A stretch of 64,000 nt of DNA from Thermoplasmata archaeon (GTDB lineage: Archaea; Thermoplasmatota; Thermoplasmata; Lutacidiplasmatales; UBA184). Below are positions 55,867 to 64,000 of the stretch, piece by piece; the first letter of the stretch is position 1; each line of letters begins with the position of its first letter. The notes beneath the pieces are model-generated. The model saw only the letters and a list, made by a program, of their open reading frames with translations. It was not told the DNA's origin and made no database searches. Location of the stretch: the NCBI GenBank assembly GCA_021828195.1, contig JAKASQ010000002.1, positions 276,245 to 340,244 on the forward strand, read 5' to 3'. A program made the position numbers and the translations under genes.

Positions 55867-56466
55867 TTACGCAGCGCTTCGCTTGCGCCGGGGTCTGCGC
55901 GTTCGACCCCGAGCGTCCAGTGAGGCGAGCAACTGACCCGCGGCGCGTAAGGCCTGCGAGCGGTGGGAAAGCTCGTTCTTCTCGGCGACGGGGATCTGGG
56001 CGAACGTCCGGGTGCGGCCCTCGGGGACAAAGATCGGATCGTATCCGAAGCCGTTCTTCCCCGCGGCTCGAGGAGCGATCTTCCCTCGCACTTCGCCGGG
56101 GAACAGCCAGATCCGCCGGCCCAGCCGCAATCCCGCTACCGCCCGGAAGCTCGCGGCGCGTGGGCGGCGCTTCAGCAGCTCGAAGAGCGGCCCGAACCCC
56201 CAGATGTCGAGGATGTGGGCGGAATAGACCCCCGGAAATCCGTTGAGGCTTGGGATGAACAGGCCGGAATCTTCGACCAGGACCCAGCCGGTCACGTCCC
56301 GGACCGCATTCAACTTGGAACGCACGACCTCCTCGATGTTCGCCGTCTGGGGTTCGGGGAGCTTGCGTCGCTTCCAGCGCACCTGGATCCCGAACGGGCG
56401 GAGGAGCGCGCGGACCTCGCGATACTTACCCGAGTTGGTGCTCACGAAGGTAACGGTGAGCACCAC
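55867..56466 (-). CDS. Non-canonical purine NTP pyrophosphatase (Ham1/RdgB, dITP/XTPase)
   Basis: FVSTNSGKYRE and GFGYDPIF motifs. Confidence 0.85.
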   Translation of the reverse strand: MVLTVTFVSTNSGKYREVRALLRPFGIQVRWKRRKLPEPQTANIEEVVRSKLNAVRDVTGWVLVEDSGLFIPSLNGFPGVYSAHILDIWGFGPLFELLKRRPRAASFRAVAGLRLGRRIWLFPGEVRGKIAPRAAGKNGFGYDPIFVPEGRTRTFAQIPVAEKNELSHRSQALRAAGQLLASLDARGRTRRPRRKRSAA

Positions 56467-56469
56467 GGC

Positions 56470-57015
56470 TCACCACGGATAGGAGTCGTAGGCGATGACC
56501 TCGTCCGGGCTCTTGCGACCCTCGACATCGGGGGCCGGAGACGCGAGGTGCCCGTTGTTCTCGGCCGGGAACCCGATGGGGATGATCGCGATCGGATGGA
56601 TCCCTTCGGGGACCTTGAGGACATTGCGCACCTTCTCGGTGTTGAAATCAATCAGCCAGTTCGTTCCGAGCCCTTCGGCGGTCGCGGCGAGCCGTAGCGT
56701 GTGGATCGCCACCGCGACGTCGAGCGGGTAGGCCGAGATGAACCCCCCGATCGTGACCGCGAGGTCCTCCTCGACGGAGAAGGCGACGATGACCGCCGGC
56801 GCCTCTCCGACGATCTTGCCCCGGACGCATGCCTGCGCGAGGAGGCGCTTCTGCTCATCATCGCGGACGACGACGAACCGCCACGGTTGCAGATTGTGTT
56901 GGGAGGGAGCGAGGCGGGCGGCGGAGAGGACCGTCTTCAGGAGCTCCGGCGGGACGGGCCGAGACTGGTACTGGGTGCAGGGTCGGTACGACCGGATCGC
57001 GTCGATGACGTCCAT
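56470..57015 (-). CDS. Nitroreductase-family protein
   Basis: RPCTQYQSRPVP ... LAPSQHNLQPWRF signature of the NADH oxidase/flavin reductase fold. Confidence 0.8.
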   Translation of the reverse strand: MDVIDAIRSYRPCTQYQSRPVPPELLKTVLSAARLAPSQHNLQPWRFVVVRDDEQKRLLAQACVRGKIVGEAPAVIVAFSVEEDLAVTIGGFISAYPLDVAVAIHTLRLAATAEGLGTNWLIDFNTEKVRNVLKVPEGIHPIAIIPIGFPAENNGHLASPAPDVEGRKSPDEVIAYDSYPW

Positions 57016-57290
57016 GGATTCAATCGGCGAAAAGTTCAGAATCCCAGCGTGAGCCGGGACGGCCTCGGTCTTGAGAGACGTGCCATTCTACCCCTCCTAC
57101 CCCTCGAGGGTATTAATAGCGTTTGCGAGCAGGTGGCGACGCATCTCGAGTGCGGCCGGTCGGAAGATGGAGTCGGATCGCTCGGAGTCGCGATGATCGC
57201 GGAGGTCCTCGCGCGGAGAGACCAAGTCGGATCGGAACGACCAAGGCGCGGGGGCCTTCAATTGGCGGGTCCATCGAGCGAGAGCGTTCG

Positions 57291-58412
57291 TTACGAATCG
57301 GCCCGTTCCGAGCGACGGAACCGAGCCAAGAACGACGATCGCATCGACAGGCCCATAGCGCGCAGTGCGGGGGCATAGGTCAGCGTGAGAAGCCCGCCGG
57401 TGCCGGGCGGGAATGGCCGGAATCCAAGCTCTCGGCGCGATCCTCGGAGCTGAGTGCGGCTCCCGAAGTGTGCGAGGTTCTCCATCGCCGACGGGAGCTC
57501 GTCGAGATCGTTGTGATAGTACACGCCCTCCAAGGTTGCTCCGGAGCGCTTCAGGAGTCGGGAGAGCGCCGGTGGGGTGTAGTGATAGCGATGGCGAGGG
57601 ATCTCCAGAAGGGGCCACGCGGCACCGAAGAATCGGCGGCCGGGCGAGTCGAAGTTGCACAGCGCGATCGCCATCACTCCGCCCAGCTTCAAGGCCCCGA
57701 GCGAGCGCTTGATCACGACCTGGGGGCGATCGCAGTGCTCGAGGGAGTGGTACATCGTGACGAGATCGAAGGTGTTCGATGGATAGTCGGCTTCCTCGGC
57801 CGGTGAGGTCTGAACCGTGAATCCCTGCTGTCGAGCGACAGCGGCGGCGGACTTCGACGGCTCGATGCCCTCCACTCGCCAACCGAGCTCGGCGAAGCGT
57901 TGGAGGTACCGACCCGCGCCGCAACCGATGTCGAGCACCGTTCCCGGTTTCGACCCTAGTTCATCGAGGTCGGCAAACCTCGGGTCGCACCAGCGCCAGT
58001 AACCGAGGCTCCCAGTGGCCCGGGCGATACGGTGCGAGGCGGTTCGAGAGGTTCCGCGAGTGTCCGACCCAGAGGATTCGTGATAGACGTAGTTCGATGG
58101 GTAAATCGCGGCGAGATCGGGAACCTCCCCCTCGTAGTCGGTCCGACCGAGTCCGCACTCCGTGCACTCGACCACCGGGTAGAGCCGCTCGGAAGTTTGG
58201 TGGCGAGTATCCGGCGCATCGAACACCGGACGCCACTGGTCCCGGTCGCAGACCGGGCACGGCGCTCCGCGCTCCGGAGCCGGATCGGGCGCTCCCGGGC
58301 CGGCGGCGGCACTCGCTTCCACGGCGAGTTCGAGGGAACGCGACCGATAAGCCGTTCGGACACCGGAACCGGAACCTTCTTGACCCGAAAGGGCGTGAAT
58401 CTGCGAGCGCAC
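57291..58412 (-). CDS. Class I SAM-dependent methyltransferase with N-terminal zinc ribbon
   Basis: CPVCD...CTECG ribbon followed by VLDIGCGAGRY (motif I) and Methyltransf_23-like core. Confidence 0.7.
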   Translation of the reverse strand: MRSQIHALSGQEGSGSGVRTAYRSRSLELAVEASAAAGPGAPDPAPERGAPCPVCDRDQWRPVFDAPDTRHQTSERLYPVVECTECGLGRTDYEGEVPDLAAIYPSNYVYHESSGSDTRGTSRTASHRIARATGSLGYWRWCDPRFADLDELGSKPGTVLDIGCGAGRYLQRFAELGWRVEGIEPSKSAAAVARQQGFTVQTSPAEEADYPSNTFDLVTMYHSLEHCDRPQVVIKRSLGALKLGGVMAIALCNFDSPGRRFFGAAWPLLEIPRHRYHYTPPALSRLLKRSGATLEGVYYHNDLDELPSAMENLAHFGSRTQLRGSRRELGFRPFPPGTGGLLTLTYAPALRAMGLSMRSSFLARFRRSERADS

Positions 58413-58974
58413 CCGAGAGCGCCGAACTCCTCCTATGTCCCGTTCGATGACTCTTCGCGGCCTCTCGCGAGTCGCCTTCGAAGCGCGACAAATCGGAGCT
58501 TAGGCCCAGTCACTCCGACAGTTCGTCCAGTCGGTACGCGCAGTAGCACGCACCAATCCCGCCTTCATACAACACGAAGACGCCTGTCCCCAAGAGGGAG
58601 CCATCCATCCGTTGCGACCAGCGCTGCGAGTACTCTTCCAAAGGTGAGGATCACGATCCCCGCGTGCTATCCAACCTCGACCCATTTCGCACGTCGCTCG
58701 GAAGGCGTCGAAGTCTCTCATTGACCCGTGGACATGATTGCTCCAGGGGCTGGAGGGCCCCCACTCGACAGTCAATCTGCCGTCGAGGCAAACGGAGCGC
58801 CCGGATGGCCCAGCACGACGGCCGGACGCCGTTCGGTGCCCGGTCCCCCAAGACTCTTCGGTTCCCAGGCGCCTGGGGCACCCCGTTCGTTAGCCCGGCA
58901 GCCACGCCGGCGGATGACCGCTCTAGCCGATTCATGACCCGACGTGTAACACCTTCGGAGCGGCTATAGAAATG

Positions 58975-59004
58975 ACCCGCTAGCGCAACAGTACCTTTCG
59001 GGCC
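58975..59004. repeat. 30-bp direct repeat (copy 1 of 2; copy 2 at 61066..61095) = IS right-end fragment plus 9-bp target sequence
   Basis: ACCCGCTAGCGCAACAGTACCTTTCGGGCC identical at both sites. Confidence 0.8.
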
Positions 59005-59036
59005 GGTACTGTTGTATGTCGGGGGATGAAATGTCC

Positions 59037-59306
59037 CTAGTCACCTCCGTTGCTTTTCGGGTGATGGGGGGAGGGCTTGCCCTCGGCAGCCCTTACCTCG
59101 ATTCTGGACCCGTGAACGATGTAGGTAATTCTCTCGGGGCGGGAGAGGCGATCCACGATGGGCTTGGGGATCGTGGTGAGGGTGCCTCGCGTCTCATGGT
59201 AGCTGACGCTCACAGTGAACTCCTTGGCGCCGGCCTTCCACTTCGGCATCGGAACCTCCCAAGTTATCCACATATATACGGGCATCGGGCAGTCGTCGAT
59301 ATCCAC
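59037..59306 (-). CDS. Small AbrB/SpoVT-like (swapped-hairpin) protein, hypothetical, inside IS left arm
   Basis: 89-aa ORF with TIPKPIVDRL-type motif; antisense to the IS upstream region. Confidence 0.3.
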   Translation of the reverse strand: MDIDDCPMPVYMWITWEVPMPKWKAGAKEFTVSVSYHETRGTLTTIPKPIVDRLSRPERITYIVHGSRIEVRAAEGKPSPHHPKSNGGD

Positions 59307-59339
59307 GTGGACGCACTATCGTTATATATCCACTTGGAT

Positions 59340-60503
59340 ATGCCCTATGCGATGACGGCGATGTGGCAGGACGCGAGGACCCCGGCGCTAGCGATTGTGG
59401 CACGCGGGGACCAAATCGAGACGGTGAACCCGACTGAGTATGTCGTTCGTTCCCAAAGCAAGTTGGACGCAAAGTACCATGTGACGGTAAGCAGGGATCG
59501 GTGGGATTGCGACTGCCCATTCTACGCCGAGACGAAGGTGGCGTGTATTCACATCTACGCAGTCCGGTTCCGAGCTGGATTCCGGCAGGCGAGCGGCAAG
59601 GAGAGTGTCGAACCATGCTCACGGTGCGGTTCGGGTCTTGTCGTTCGGGACGGGAAGCGACACAACCGGAGCGGTATGATCGCACGGTACGTCTGCCGTG
59701 CATGTGGCTATCGGTTCACCGGGCATGATGGTTTCCAGCGCCGCCGATCCGACCCGGAGAAGATCGCGCTCGCGCTCGACCTCTATTTCCGAGGCATGAG
59801 CGTACGCAAAGTCTCGGAGCATTTCGTTCAGGTTCACGGCCTCAAGATCGACCACACCACCGTCTATCGTTGGGTGGTGAGTTACTCCAAGCTGGCCTCC
59901 GAGTGGATGGACCGGCAGGGCGCGAGGACAGGGGAGCGGTGGCATGTGGATGAAACGGTCGTGTCGGTGAACGGCGACCCGAAGTACGTCTGGAATGTCA
60001 TGGACGGCGAGACTCGTTTCCTGATGGCGACCCACGTTAGCGCCGGGCGGGGGATGGACGACACCCGGGCTCCTCTCCGAAAGGCAAAGGCCGTCACCCC
60101 GGACCGGCCGATGGAGGTATTCACGGACGGGATGAACGCCTACCCTCGCGCGGTTCGGAAGGAACTCTCGTTCCGAGTTGGGGACCGCGTTATCAGCCCG
60201 CACCACCGAGTGCCGAGCATCCGCGCGCCCGAGTCGAACAACCGGATCGAACGGCTCCACGGTTCGGAGAAGGAGAGAATCAAGGTGATGCGCGGGTTCG
60301 ACACGGACAAGGGAACGGCGGCCCTGATGGAAGGGTTCCGGACGCACTACAACCTGATTCGGACCCATCAGGCACTTGGGACCACGCCGGCGGTCGCGGC
60401 GGGGTTCCCGGAGCTTCCCGGGTTCAAGTGGCACGAACTCCTCAAGCGGGCCGCGCCACAGCCGAAGCCAGGTTACTCCGAGATCGAGATCATTCCGAAC
60501 TAG
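59340..60503 (+). CDS. IS6-family DDE transposase with N-terminal zinc-finger region
   Basis: DDE triad context WHVDETVV, VFTDGMNAY, NNRIERLHGSEKERIK; N-terminal SWIM-like CDCPFYAETKVACIH and ribbon CSRCG...CRACG; start taken at MPYAMTAMW (listed ORF begins at 59016). Confidence 0.75.
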   Translation: MPYAMTAMWQDARTPALAIVARGDQIETVNPTEYVVRSQSKLDAKYHVTVSRDRWDCDCPFYAETKVACIHIYAVRFRAGFRQASGKESVEPCSRCGSGLVVRDGKRHNRSGMIARYVCRACGYRFTGHDGFQRRRSDPEKIALALDLYFRGMSVRKVSEHFVQVHGLKIDHTTVYRWVVSYSKLASEWMDRQGARTGERWHVDETVVSVNGDPKYVWNVMDGETRFLMATHVSAGRGMDDTRAPLRKAKAVTPDRPMEVFTDGMNAYPRAVRKELSFRVGDRVISPHHRVPSIRAPESNNRIERLHGSEKERIKVMRGFDTDKGTAALMEGFRTHYNLIRTHQALGTTPAVAAGFPELPGFKWHELLKRAAPQPKPGYSEIEIIPN

Positions 60504-60513
60504 GGGTGGAGAT

Positions 60514-60720
60514 ATGGAGAGTCACACCAAAGGGGGACTCGAAGATCATCGGCGGTCAAGCCGGGTCCTATTGCTCTCTTCTCTAATGATCTTGTTCGCG
60601 GCGGTGGTCGTTACACTGAGCAGGGCGCCCGAGGCCGCCGTGGTGGTCACGTGGGCGTTCGCGGGTTACTTCATCGGGGGGTTCACCCTCGCACAGTCGG
60701 GGCATCGTGACGCGAAATGA
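60514..60720 (+). CDS. Small 2-TM membrane protein, hypothetical (IS passenger)
   Basis: 68-aa ORF MESHTKGG...LLLSSLMILFAAVVVTL...VTWAFAGYFIGGFTLA. Confidence 0.3.
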   Translation: MESHTKGGLEDHRRSSRVLLLSSLMILFAAVVVTLSRAPEAAVVVTWAFAGYFIGGFTLAQSGHRDAK

Positions 60721-60728
60721 GTGGAGTT

Positions 60729-60989
60729 CTAATGGACGAGCGGAGCGATTACGGCCCAAAGAATTCCGGCGACGATGAGGCCAAGGCCCCCCGAAACGGT
60801 GAAATGCCAAAACCGAATCTCTGCCGGTGTAAAAATCAGGACCGCGAAGCCGAAAAAGATGAACATGCCGGGGATCGAACCGAGCACGAGCGCGATGATC
60901 CCACCTATGAACACGATAAACCCGAACAGAATCGGGGCCTTCTTCGGGTTGAAGAGACTTTCGAGTATGAATCCCACGGTTACATTCAC
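60729..60989 (-). CDS. Small 3-TM membrane protein, hypothetical (IS passenger)
   Basis: 86-aa hydrophobic ORF with lower GC than flanking chromosome. Confidence 0.35.
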   Translation of the reverse strand: MNVTVGFILESLFNPKKAPILFGFIVFIGGIIALVLGSIPGMFIFFGFAVLIFTPAEIRFWHFTVSGGLGLIVAGILWAVIAPLVH

Positions 60990-61203
60990 CCCTTGGCCGA
61001 AGTTACTGATGCTACGAACGCACCGTCACCCGACTTCCAACGTCCAGAATCCACGATGGCTTATCACCCGCTAGCGCAACAGTACCTTTCGGGCCCAACG
61101 ATTAAATATGGCTGACAGGGCTCCCTAACGGCTGCTGACAACTGTCTGACAAACGGCCAGGCAACAGCAACGGTGGAAGGTTCCGGGAGCCGGTGAACAG
61201 TCG

Positions 61204-64000
61204 ATGCATCTCAAGAAGTTGAAACTGAGGAACTTCAAGTCATTCGCCGGCGCGGTAGAGATCCCATTCGAGCCGGGTTACACGGGCGTTGCGGGTCCGA
61301 ACGGGATGGGCAAGTCCAACATCTCCGATGGGATTCTGTTCGTTCTCGGGCCGAAGAGCTCGAAGGCCCTCCGTGCCGATCGATTGACGCACCTCTTCTT
61401 CAACGGCGGGGCCTCGAAGAAACCCGCCACGGAGTGCGAGGTCTCACTGGTCTTCGACAACGTCGATCGTCTGCTACCGGTGGAGTCGGACGAAGTGGAG
61501 GTCACGCGATACGTCAAGCTCGCTCCGAGCGATCCCGACGGATACTATTCCTACTTCTACGTCAACGGCAAGCGGACCACTCAGACCGACATCGACAGCA
61601 TCCTCTCCCACGCGGGGCTCTCCGGCGACGGGTACAACCTCGTCCAGCAGGGGGACGTGAACAACATCGTCACGATGGGGCCGGTGCCGCGCCGAGGTCT
61701 GCTCGAGCGCCTCGCCGGGATCGCCCAGTTTGACGACGAGCTCGGACGGGCGGAGACCAAGCGAACGGACCTCGATGCCAATCTGGATCGGATCCGAACA
61801 CTTCTCGGCGAAATCAAGAGCCGGCTCGGCTCTCTCGAATCCCAGCGGCTAGAGGCCATCCAGTACCGGCAACTCGAGGAGGAGAAACACCGAACCGAGG
61901 CGCGTCTCGCGCGCGCGGGCCACATGATGGCCCAACAGGAGTTTGACACCTGTCAAGAGCAGGTGGAGACGCTCCAGCAAGAGATCCAGAAGCTCGACGC
62001 GGAACGATCCCGGCTCGTCCACGAACGGGACGAGCTTGTCGCCCAGATCGACACCGTGGATCGAGAGATCGCGAAGGCGGGCGGAGAGGCGGCCGAGAAG
62101 TTCCGGACCGAACTGGGCGAGAAGCGGCTCGCGCTCGCGACCCTCCAGATGAACCTCGACCACCAGAAAGAAGCCCTCCAAACCCTGGAGAGCCGAGTCC
62201 AGGAGCTCAACGGACTATCGAGCTCGGACGAGAAGGAGAGCACTCGACTCCGCGCCGAGGAGACCCGGCTCGCCCAGCAGCTTGCCGAAGTCTCCAAGCG
62301 GAGTGACGAGATCGGTGCGCACCTCGCCGAAGCGACGGGCGGATCCGAACATTCGCAGGGAAAGCTCGCCGGCGCGAAGAAGCAGGTCCTCGAGCTCCAG
62401 CGCCGCCAGACCGAACGCGAAAAGGCATGGCAGGCGGGGGTCCAGCAACGTGAATCGCTCAAGGCCCAGGTCGAGAGCGCCGAGCGCGCCCGCGCCCAGG
62501 CCGAAGATAGCCGCCGGGAGCGGGAGGTCGAGGTCCGGGACCTCGAGCTCCGGATCAAGGAAGCGAACCCGGACGGCACCAACAAGGGCGGAGCTACCGG
62601 GGATCTCCAGAAGGAGCTCTTCCAGCTCAAGAACAGGGAAAAGAGCCTCACCGAGGAGGCCGAACGTATCGGGCGGGAAGTCACCGAACTGAACCGGCGC
62701 TACATGGCCCTCGAGGCCCGCCTCAAGGCGCGCAGCGAATCCGGAAGCCGCGGCGGCGCGCTCGCCGCGGTGGACTTCCTGCTATCGCAGCGGAATCTCG
62801 GCAAGGTCAAGGGGATTCGAGGAACGATCTCCGAGCTCATCCAGTTCGACAACAAGCACCGCCTTGGGCTCGAGATCGCCGGAGGTTCTCGGTTCCACGC
62901 CCTCGTGGTCGAGACCGACGCGGTCGCGGAGGAGTGCATCCGCACCCTGCGCGCGGAGAAGCGAGGACGGGCTACCTTCCTCCCCCTCAACAAGATGCTT
63001 CCCGCCCGACCGAAGGGCAAGAGCCTGATCGCCGCCCAATCGTCGGGGGCGGTGGGATTCGCCATCGATCTAGTCAAGTTCGACGAGTCGCTGCGGCCGG
63101 CGATCTCCTACGTGTTCGGCGAGACGGTCGTGATGGACGATCTCGCCCACGCACGCGCGCAGATGGGAGGCGTCCGCCTCGTCACCCTGACGGGCGATCT
63201 GATCGAGGCGACGGGGGCGATCTCCGGTGGGTACCTCGACGCGGCCGGCAAGAGCGTGGACAGCGCCTCCGAGCTCAAGCAGATCGGCGAGGAGCTCCGA
63301 GAGAAGAGCGGAGCCGACGCCGCCGCGCGCACCGAGCTCGGCAAGGTGTCGACCCGGATCCGCGAGGTGAGCGAGGAACTCGCGAAGCGTTCGATCCGTG
63401 CCGACGCGCATCAGTCTACTCGCCAGATCCTCGATAAGGAGCTCTCCGCGGCTCGCCAACGCCTCCAAGAGATGGTCGGGCAGATCCGCGCCTCTCAGAA
63501 GGAGCAGGAACACGCGAGCGAGGAGCTCTCCACCCTCGAGGCGAGCGTAGCGAAGCTCGCGGAGGAGATCGCCGGCCTCAAAGCCGAGATCGCGAAGTCC
63601 CAGGAGCAGTATCTCGGACAGCTTCCCGGCGCCCTCTCCCTGCGGGTCCGACAATGGCAGCAGGACGCTCAGGAGACGAGCGACGCCCGCGTGAAGCTGA
63701 ACGGAGAGCTTCAGTCGATCCGGACGAATCTCACGGCGCTCACCGAGCGCCTAGCGGCCCGGAGGAAGGAGGTCGCGACCGCGCAACAGGAGCTCGCGGC
63801 CAAGCGCAAGGAGATCGCCACGAGCGAGCACGCGCTCGTCCAGTCAAAGGCGGCGCTCGACGCGATGAAGGGCGTAGAAGAACAGCAAGGAGCGAACTTC
63901 CGCGTGCAGGCCGAGAAGAAGAAGAAGCTCGCGGACGCGAGGCTCACGGTGACCGAGTCGCTCGCGAAGGCCGAGGTGACGGTCACGAGCCGGCAGACGA
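61204..64000 (+). CDS. smc: Chromosome segregation protein SMC (partial, continues past window end)
   Basis: N-terminal Walker A GPNGMGKSN, long coiled coil, hinge (GVKGIRGTISELIQFD...GGSRFHALVVE); no stop before 64000. Confidence 0.9.
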   Translation, partial: MHLKKLKLRNFKSFAGAVEIPFEPGYTGVAGPNGMGKSNISDGILFVLGPKSSKALRADRLTHLFFNGGASKKPATECEVSLVFDNVDRLLPVESDEVEVTRYVKLAPSDPDGYYSYFYVNGKRTTQTDIDSILSHAGLSGDGYNLVQQGDVNNIVTMGPVPRRGLLERLAGIAQFDDELGRAETKRTDLDANLDRIRTLLGEIKSRLGSLESQRLEAIQYRQLEEEKHRTEARLARAGHMMAQQEFDTCQEQVETLQQEIQKLDAERSRLVHERDELVAQIDTVDREIAKAGGEAAEKFRTELGEKRLALATLQMNLDHQKEALQTLESRVQELNGLSSSDEKESTRLRAEETRLAQQLAEVSKRSDEIGAHLAEATGGSEHSQGKLAGAKKQVLELQRRQTEREKAWQAGVQQRESLKAQVESAERARAQAEDSRREREVEVRDLELRIKEANPDGTNKGGATGDLQKELFQLKNREKSLTEEAERIGREVTELNRRYMALEARLKARSESGSRGGALAAVDFLLSQRNLGKVKGIRGTISELIQFDNKHRLGLEIAGGSRFHALVVETDAVAEECIRTLRAEKRGRATFLPLNKMLPARPKGKSLIAAQSSGAVGFAIDLVKFDESLRPAISYVFGETVVMDDLAHARAQMGGVRLVTLTGDLIEATGAISGGYLDAAGKSVDSASELKQIGEELREKSGADAAARTELGKVSTRIREVSEELAKRSIRADAHQSTRQILDKELSAARQRLQEMVGQIRASQKEQEHASEELSTLEASVAKLAEEIAGLKAEIAKSQEQYLGQLPGALSLRVRQWQQDAQETSDARVKLNGELQSIRTNLTALTERLAARRKEVATAQQELAAKRKEIATSEHALVQSKAALDAMKGVEEQQGANFRVQAEKKKKLADARLTVTESLAKAEVTVTSRQT

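Larger units (their letters stand above)
59005..61086 (+). mobile_element. IS6-family insertion sequence (~2.08 kb) with IS26-like terminal inverted repeats and 9-bp target duplication
   Basis: Left end GGTACTGTTGTATG at 59005, right end ...CAACAGTACC at 61086 (compare IS26 GGCACTGTTGCAAA); identical TTTCGGGCC on both flanks (58996-59004, 61087-61095); encloses a DDE transposase gene. Confidence 0.6.

Noticed and set aside
61953-62684. 243-aa minus ORF and other minus/alternate-frame ORFs across 61200-64000
   Set aside because: They lie antisense or out of frame to the strongly supported smc coding sequence.
1-64000. CRISPR arrays / cas genes
   Set aside because: No regularly spaced 24-40-bp direct repeats and no Cas-like proteins seen anywhere in the window.

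Overview
High-GC (~65-70%) archaeal chromosomal segment; the gene content (thermosome, Orc1/Cdc6, archaeal MAT, Elp3, NreA, prefoldin, ribosomal LX, IPK/IDI-2 mevalonate genes) points to a euryarchaeon, possibly Thermoplasmata-like. Coding density is high, with many overlapping start/stop junctions (ATGA/GTGA). I support about 65 protein genes and three tRNAs: Ala-TGC, Pro-CGG, and an Asp-GTC carrying an apparent 31-nt T-loop intron. There is one IS6-family insertion sequence with IS26-like inverted repeats and a 9-bp target duplication, and a partial smc gene at the right edge. Clusters worth a second look: (i) a rhodanese next to a GcvH-like/TusA-like fusion whose lipoyl lysine is replaced by Arg, plus an SRPBCC protein; (ii) a tightly overlapping operon ubiX - membrane protein - membrane protein - guaAA - 515-aa unknown; (iii) a large radical-SAM protein with an N-terminal zinc ribbon (possible tetraether-synthase relative) followed by a run of uncharacterized genes; (iv) kdpFABC followed by a tandem-USP protein and no kdpDE; (v) a thiolase followed by a DUF35 protein with an odd N-terminal extension and no intact HMG-CoA synthase gene between them. 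No CRISPR array was seen. Many long six-frame ORFs are GC-driven shadow ORFs and were rejected.
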